Source of the DNA: a virus
Lineage: Duplodnaviria > Caudoviricetes
DNA: 35,662 nucleotides
Strand: one strand, 5' to 3'
Virus record (IMG/VR): IMGVR_UViG_3300048599_000270
Location: 1-35,662 of that record
Under the pieces are notes generated by a model. That model searched no databases. It was not told the origin of the DNA and was given only the letters and a program-made list of their open reading frames with translations. Both the position numbers and the translations under genes were made by a program. How positions within the stretch are numbered: the stretch's first letter is position 1; each line of letters begins with the position of its first letter. This document shows positions 33,344 to 35,662 of the stretch, in pieces.

Positions 33344-33820
33344 CTATTTCGGTCCGTTGGCAAGCACCGCCATGAGGTCGTCATCGGTCAGTCGGCGGCG
33401 AGTGGCTTTCGTGCCTGTCTCTCGCTCATAGGCGTCGATGGCGGCGTCCCATTCGGCAACGTCCATCGTCGTGCATTTCGACTCGTTCTCGGTCGAGAGA
33501 AGTAGCCCCGTCTGCTCGTGGGCGTGGATAATGGCGGGGTCGATCCCGGCCTTCTTCATCGCCTGGATCGTCTGGTGCTCGATCCACTCCAACGGCGGTG
33601 CTCCGTCGAACAGGCGATCTCCCGGCCCCGGCTCCCGCCCGTGGGAAGCAACAAAGAGGCCGTTGAGCATATTGACCATTTCTTCGGGGACCGGCACCCG
33701 GCGGAGAATCTGCCCCTCCTCGTCCTCAACCCAGTCGAACTGCCGCCCGTAGCAGCAACTCTTGTATTTCCGACCGCTACCACACGGGCATAAGCTATTT
33801 CGTCCAATCCTCGTCGGCAT
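33344..33820 (-). CDS. SEC-C metal-binding motif protein
   Basis: IGRNSLCPCGSGRKYKSCC at the N-terminus; ATG 33820 preceded by GGAGG. Confidence 0.8.
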   Translation of the reverse strand: MPTRIGRNSLCPCGSGRKYKSCCYGRQFDWVEDEEGQILRRVPVPEEMVNMLNGLFVASHGREPGPGDRLFDGAPPLEWIEHQTIQAMKKAGIDPAIIHAHEQTGLLLSTENESKCTTMDVAEWDAAIDAYERETGTKATRRRLTDDDLMAVLANGPK

Positions 33821-33926
33821 AATCGCTATCCTCCCCGCAAGGATAGCACGCCCTCTGCGACCCCGAGAGTCGGCACTTCCCGGAATGCCGAACGTAGGGC
33901 AAAATCCCGCGATCTGTACGCGACAA

Positions 33927-34316
33927 TCAGGAGAATCGGCGCGCGGGGCAGGCTTGGCACTGATCCGGCGTGACTTCCTGACTGAACGCCTCTGCCGCCG
34001 GCTCACCGCAAATGCCGGCAATGGTCAGCACGCCGTCGATGACGGCGATTCTCAGCATTCGCAGCGCGCAGGGCGGCCAGGCGGGATAGAGCCGGTTGCC
34101 CTCCTGGCGGTAGCCGGGGATCGCGGGTGGAGGGCCGGGGAACTCCAAAGAGCCGTCGGAGTGGACGACGGGACGACCGTGGGCCATCTCCACGTCCGGG
34201 AGTGCTTCTCCGACGAGGGAGTAGATGCCGGCAGCCGAGCCGCCGGAATAGCACAGGTAGTTACAGCCGCCCGTTGGGTTCGGACGGGGAATGTCTTCGC
34301 GGCAGTCGCAGGGCAT
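33927..34316 (-). CDS. Cys-rich hypothetical protein
   Basis: ATG 34316 just after the upstream stop; C-terminal four-Cys motif shared with its neighbour. Confidence 0.6.
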   Translation of the reverse strand: MPCDCREDIPRPNPTGGCNYLCYSGGSAAGIYSLVGEALPDVEMAHGRPVVHSDGSLEFPGPPPAIPGYRQEGNRLYPAWPPCALRMLRIAVIDGVLTIAGICGEPAAEAFSQEVTPDQCQACPARRFS

Positions 34317-34321
34317 GTCTT

Positions 34322-34810
34322 TCACCACAGGTCTCGCGGGCAGTGCTCCGTGGCCATCCTGATCTTGTTCAAGACGGCGACACCGCTGTCGGCGACCCGG
34401 CAGCCGCAGCCCCGGCAGATGTGCTTCTTGGGGTCGTACCACTTGCACGGCTTGCAGTGCTCGTGGAATATCCGCTCGACATCTTTGTCGGAGCGTTCCG
34501 GCCGTCCGGCGGCCGTCCAGCGGGCCAGGGCCTCCGTGTAGGAGATGGCTTGGCGCACCAATCCCGGCGATGTGGGCGGGTCGGAAGGCGGCGAAGGCTG
34601 CATCGGCGCAAGTGGCGGATCGGGCGGCGAGGATTCATCCGTCGCCGCATCGGTCGGCATGGGATCAAGCCCGAGACAGCGACGGCATTCCGTCTCTCGA
34701 ACCGGTCGCTGGAAATAGCCTTTCATGGGATCGTTGCACTTCGGGTGCATGTCCGCACCGGTAAGGCGCTTCGGGCACGGCGGATACTCGTTCTTTTCGG
34801 ACGTTGACAT
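34322..34810 (-). CDS. Two-domain Cys-rich (zinc-binding) protein
   Basis: ATG 34810 with GGAGG. N-terminal four-Cys motif, Pro-rich linker, C-terminal CKPC..CRGCGC..KIRMATEHCP..W. Confidence 0.75.
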   Translation of the reverse strand: MSTSEKNEYPPCPKRLTGADMHPKCNDPMKGYFQRPVRETECRRCLGLDPMPTDAATDESSPPDPPLAPMQPSPPSDPPTSPGLVRQAISYTEALARWTAAGRPERSDKDVERIFHEHCKPCKWYDPKKHICRGCGCRVADSGVAVLNKIRMATEHCPRDLW

Positions 34811-34821
34811 TGGACCTCCCC

Positions 34822-35442
34822 TCAGAACATCCGCAGCATGGCGTGGTAGACTTCGGCCTCGGCAATGCAGTCGGCCAGGGCGTCGTGGGGATTCGTATTG
34901 GTGACGCCCAACTTCTTGCACATTGCCCCGAGACCGACGAACGGAAACGGCACTGGCTCGCCCGCAAAGGCGGCCCTGTCGTTGAGCGAGATCGCGTAGA
35001 GCATCCCGTCGCGGGCATGGCTATGGAACAGGAGGTCCATTTCCTCGACGCCGAGCCATGCCTTGAGAAACGATGACTCGAAGGCCCAGTTGTGTGCCAG
35101 CGGCACGAGGCACTTCTTGAACGGCAGTTTCAGGTTCAGATACCAGTCGTGGAGCCAGTCGGCCACCTGCTCGCATTCGGGAGCGTGGAGCAACAGTTCC
35201 GTCATCGGAATCTTGTGCTTGTGCTTCGCGCCAAGCGACTCCCGCTCCGGGTGCTTTGGCTTGATGCGGGTGTAGAACGGCCGCACACTGGCCAAAGGCT
35301 TGAAGTCGGAGTCCAGCGGCACCACGGCGATCTGGATGATCTCGTGGTAGCCGGGCCGGGTGCCGGTGGTCTCCAGGTCCACGGCCACCATCAGGTTGCC
35401 GTTGAGATGGACCAGACCGGGGTAGACAATGGAATCAGCCAC
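34822..35442 (-). CDS. DEDDh 3'-5' exonuclease (DnaQ/RNase T family)
   Basis: VDLETTG, EIIQIAVV, LAHNWAFE and HDALADC. Confidence 0.9.
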   Translation of the reverse strand: MADSIVYPGLVHLNGNLMVAVDLETTGTRPGYHEIIQIAVVPLDSDFKPLASVRPFYTRIKPKHPERESLGAKHKHKIPMTELLLHAPECEQVADWLHDWYLNLKLPFKKCLVPLAHNWAFESSFLKAWLGVEEMDLLFHSHARDGMLYAISLNDRAAFAGEPVPFPFVGLGAMCKKLGVTNTNPHDALADCIAEAEVYHAMLRMF

Positions 35443-35662
35443 GGCGAACCTTCCTCCCCTTCTTGGCAGACTTGCGAGGCGACTTCACAGCCGGCCGGTA
35501 GTTGGGCATGTCGTTCAGGTCGGCCGGCAGCAAGCCGCGTTCGATCATCTCTTCGTAGTGGATCAGGGCCATCGCATTGAACATGATCGCGGCCAGGTGG
35601 TCCTCGTCCCGCTTGCCCTGCTGGTACTTCATTACATGCCGCTTGAGTGAGGCGACGCAGCG
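35435..35662 (-). CDS. DUF5664-like dATP/dGTP diphosphohydrolase domain protein, C-terminal part (5'-truncated)
   Basis: Frame open from the window end: RCVASLKRHVMKYQQGKRDEDHLAAIMFNAMAL matches the RH...EDHLA..xN motif. Confidence 0.7.
   Translation of the reverse strand, partial: RCVASLKRHVMKYQQGKRDEDHLAAIMFNAMALIHYEEMIERGLLPADLNDMPNYRPAVKSPRKSAKKGRKVRRG

Noticed and set aside
1-35662. CRISPR array, tRNA, integrase/att site, contractile sheath, alternative genetic code
   Set aside because: No regularly spaced repeats, cloverleaf, recombinase or sheath motif was seen. TAA, TAG and TGA all terminate well-supported genes.

Overview
GC-rich tailed-phage DNA (long non-contractile tail type) with no flanking host housekeeping genes and no integrase, so phage versus prophage cannot be decided. 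The + strand (1 to ~31.4 kb) is a late/morphogenesis operon. In order: possible TerS (5'-truncated); five envelope-type genes (permuted NlpC/P60, lipoprotein C39-like peptidase, thioredoxin-fold membrane protein, membrane protein, lipoprotein WCGPC thioredoxin); GpA-type TerL; portal; decoration and adaptor genes; scaffold; P22-coat-like major capsid; BhlA-like holin; head closure; tail terminator; tail tube; a frameshifted chaperone pair; neck protein; tape measure. An unusually elaborate adsorption module follows: a 201-aa putative fibre subunit, six paralogous receptor-binding proteins arranged ABC-ABC, a 790-aa repeat-arm protein ending in a Dit-like domain, a second minimal Dit-like paralogue, a tail hub and a tip protein. 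The right end holds accessory genes (Maa-type acetyltransferase, SPFH protein, Cys-His-Asp hydrolase, SEC-C protein) and the end of a converging minus-strand operon (two Cys-rich proteins, a DEDDh exonuclease, a DUF5664-like nucleotide hydrolase). Three patterns stand out. (1) The 790-aa arm has six N-terminal LG-motifs in three types of two, matching six RBPs in three types of two, plus about 20 beta-strand repeats that resemble the N-terminus of the 201-aa subunit. (2) Scaffold and capsid share an N-terminal leader LYLxxP[WF]xAC[FY]E. (3) A protease/thioredoxin envelope cassette is present where no classical endolysin is visible. A Planctomycetota-like host is a guess from protein style only. 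All family calls are by-eye motif recognition, not database searches.
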